Below the pieces are notes generated by a model. That model saw nothing but the letters and a program-made list of their open reading frames with translations. It was not told where the DNA came from and ran no database searches. Shown piece by piece: positions 63,461 to 64,000 of a stretch of DNA of 64,000 nucleotides (the stretch's first letter is position 1; each line of letters opens with the position of its first letter). This DNA comes from Massalongia carnosa (Eukaryota), in contig OZ287075.1 of the NCBI GenBank assembly GCA_965645245.1, forward strand, positions 1,860,001 through 1,924,000, given 5' to 3'. The translations under genes and the position numbers were made by a program.

Positions 63461-64000
63461 TTAAGCAAGAAGAGAATCTTGCAAAGGCTGCTCAGCGACA
63501 TTTTCGTATTCAATCTCCATCCTAGCATTTTTGGTCTTGCGGCCTGGCGGTTGTGTGTTCCCACGTCTCCGTTTCGAGCCGATCGTTGCTTTCTTTGTGG
63601 TCATGTCCTCTTCCTCGCTACGAGAATTGCTGGCGTCGCTATCGTCATCCTCATCATCGTCCATTGCAGCCTCATCTTCCCCGCTTTCCCCACCTAGCCA
63701 CTCCTCCAAATCTCCCAGATCCTCGTCTTCCTCATCTTCTAAATCGCTAACATATTCCACATTGCCAATTCCTTCGTCTTCGAGCTCTAACTCGTCCTCT
63801 AGCTCCTCTTCCTCTTCCACAATCCCTTCATCCAGGTCCTCGTCTCGTTGACCTTTGCCTTCTCGCTCCAAGCCTCTCAGCACTTTCTTCCAAACCCCTT
63901 CCTCTACATTCAGCGGCCTATCCCCATACGCCCCGCTCCTTAGCCGCTCAATCAGTTCGCGCTCGATCGCCCTCTCCACCTTCGCTGCAGCCTCGGCCTT
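63461..64000 (-). CDS. MAK16: Ribosome biogenesis protein Mak16, 3' part (gene continues beyond the window)
   Basis: KAEAAAKVERAIERELIERLRSGAYGDRPLNV, VEYVSD, acidic tail, EIEYE. Confidence 0.93.
   Translation of the reverse strand, partial: KAEAAAKVERAIERELIERLRSGAYGDRPLNVEEGVWKKVLRGLEREGKGQRDEDLDEGIVEEEEELEDELELEDEGIGNVEYVSDLEDEEDEDLGDLEEWLGGESGEDEAAMDDDEDDDSDASNSRSEEEDMTTKKATIGSKRRRGNTQPPGRKTKNARMEIEYENVAEQPLQDSLLA

Noticed and set aside
1..64000. CRISPR arrays, prokaryotic operons, secondary-metabolite cluster, Starship captain
   Set aside because: Eukaryotic intron-rich sequence; no direct-repeat array, PKS/NRPS or tyrosine-recombinase motifs seen

Overview
Intron-containing eukaryotic DNA from a filamentous ascomycete (Pezizomycotina). 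The low-complexity flanks and orphan genes suggest a lichen-forming Lecanoromycete, but that is a weak inference. The backbone is housekeeping genes: a GFA-family gene, TRS120, a GHKL-ATPase/DUF3684-type protein, PAC3, DHR1/ECM16, CDC123, CWC21, GPI13, COG1, a DUF1640 mitochondrial protein, LAA1, TACO1, PET100, ECI1 and a partial MAK16. Accessory patches interrupt it. The best candidate for an undescribed system is a head-to-head pair of HeLo-domain genes (28536-32901) separated by 390 bp: one is HeLo plus a degenerate kinase fold (MLKL-like layout), the other HeLo plus a second helical region, with no NLR or amyloid motif visible. Also notable are a Tc1/IS630-type transposon flanked by CCTGG instead of TA, a Fot1/pogo relic with long inverted ends and RIP-like TGG>TAG stops, two orphan Cys-rich secreted proteins, and a double Gcn4/CpcA site upstream of CDC123. 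All family assignments come from motif recognition by eye and intron models were built manually; no database search was run.
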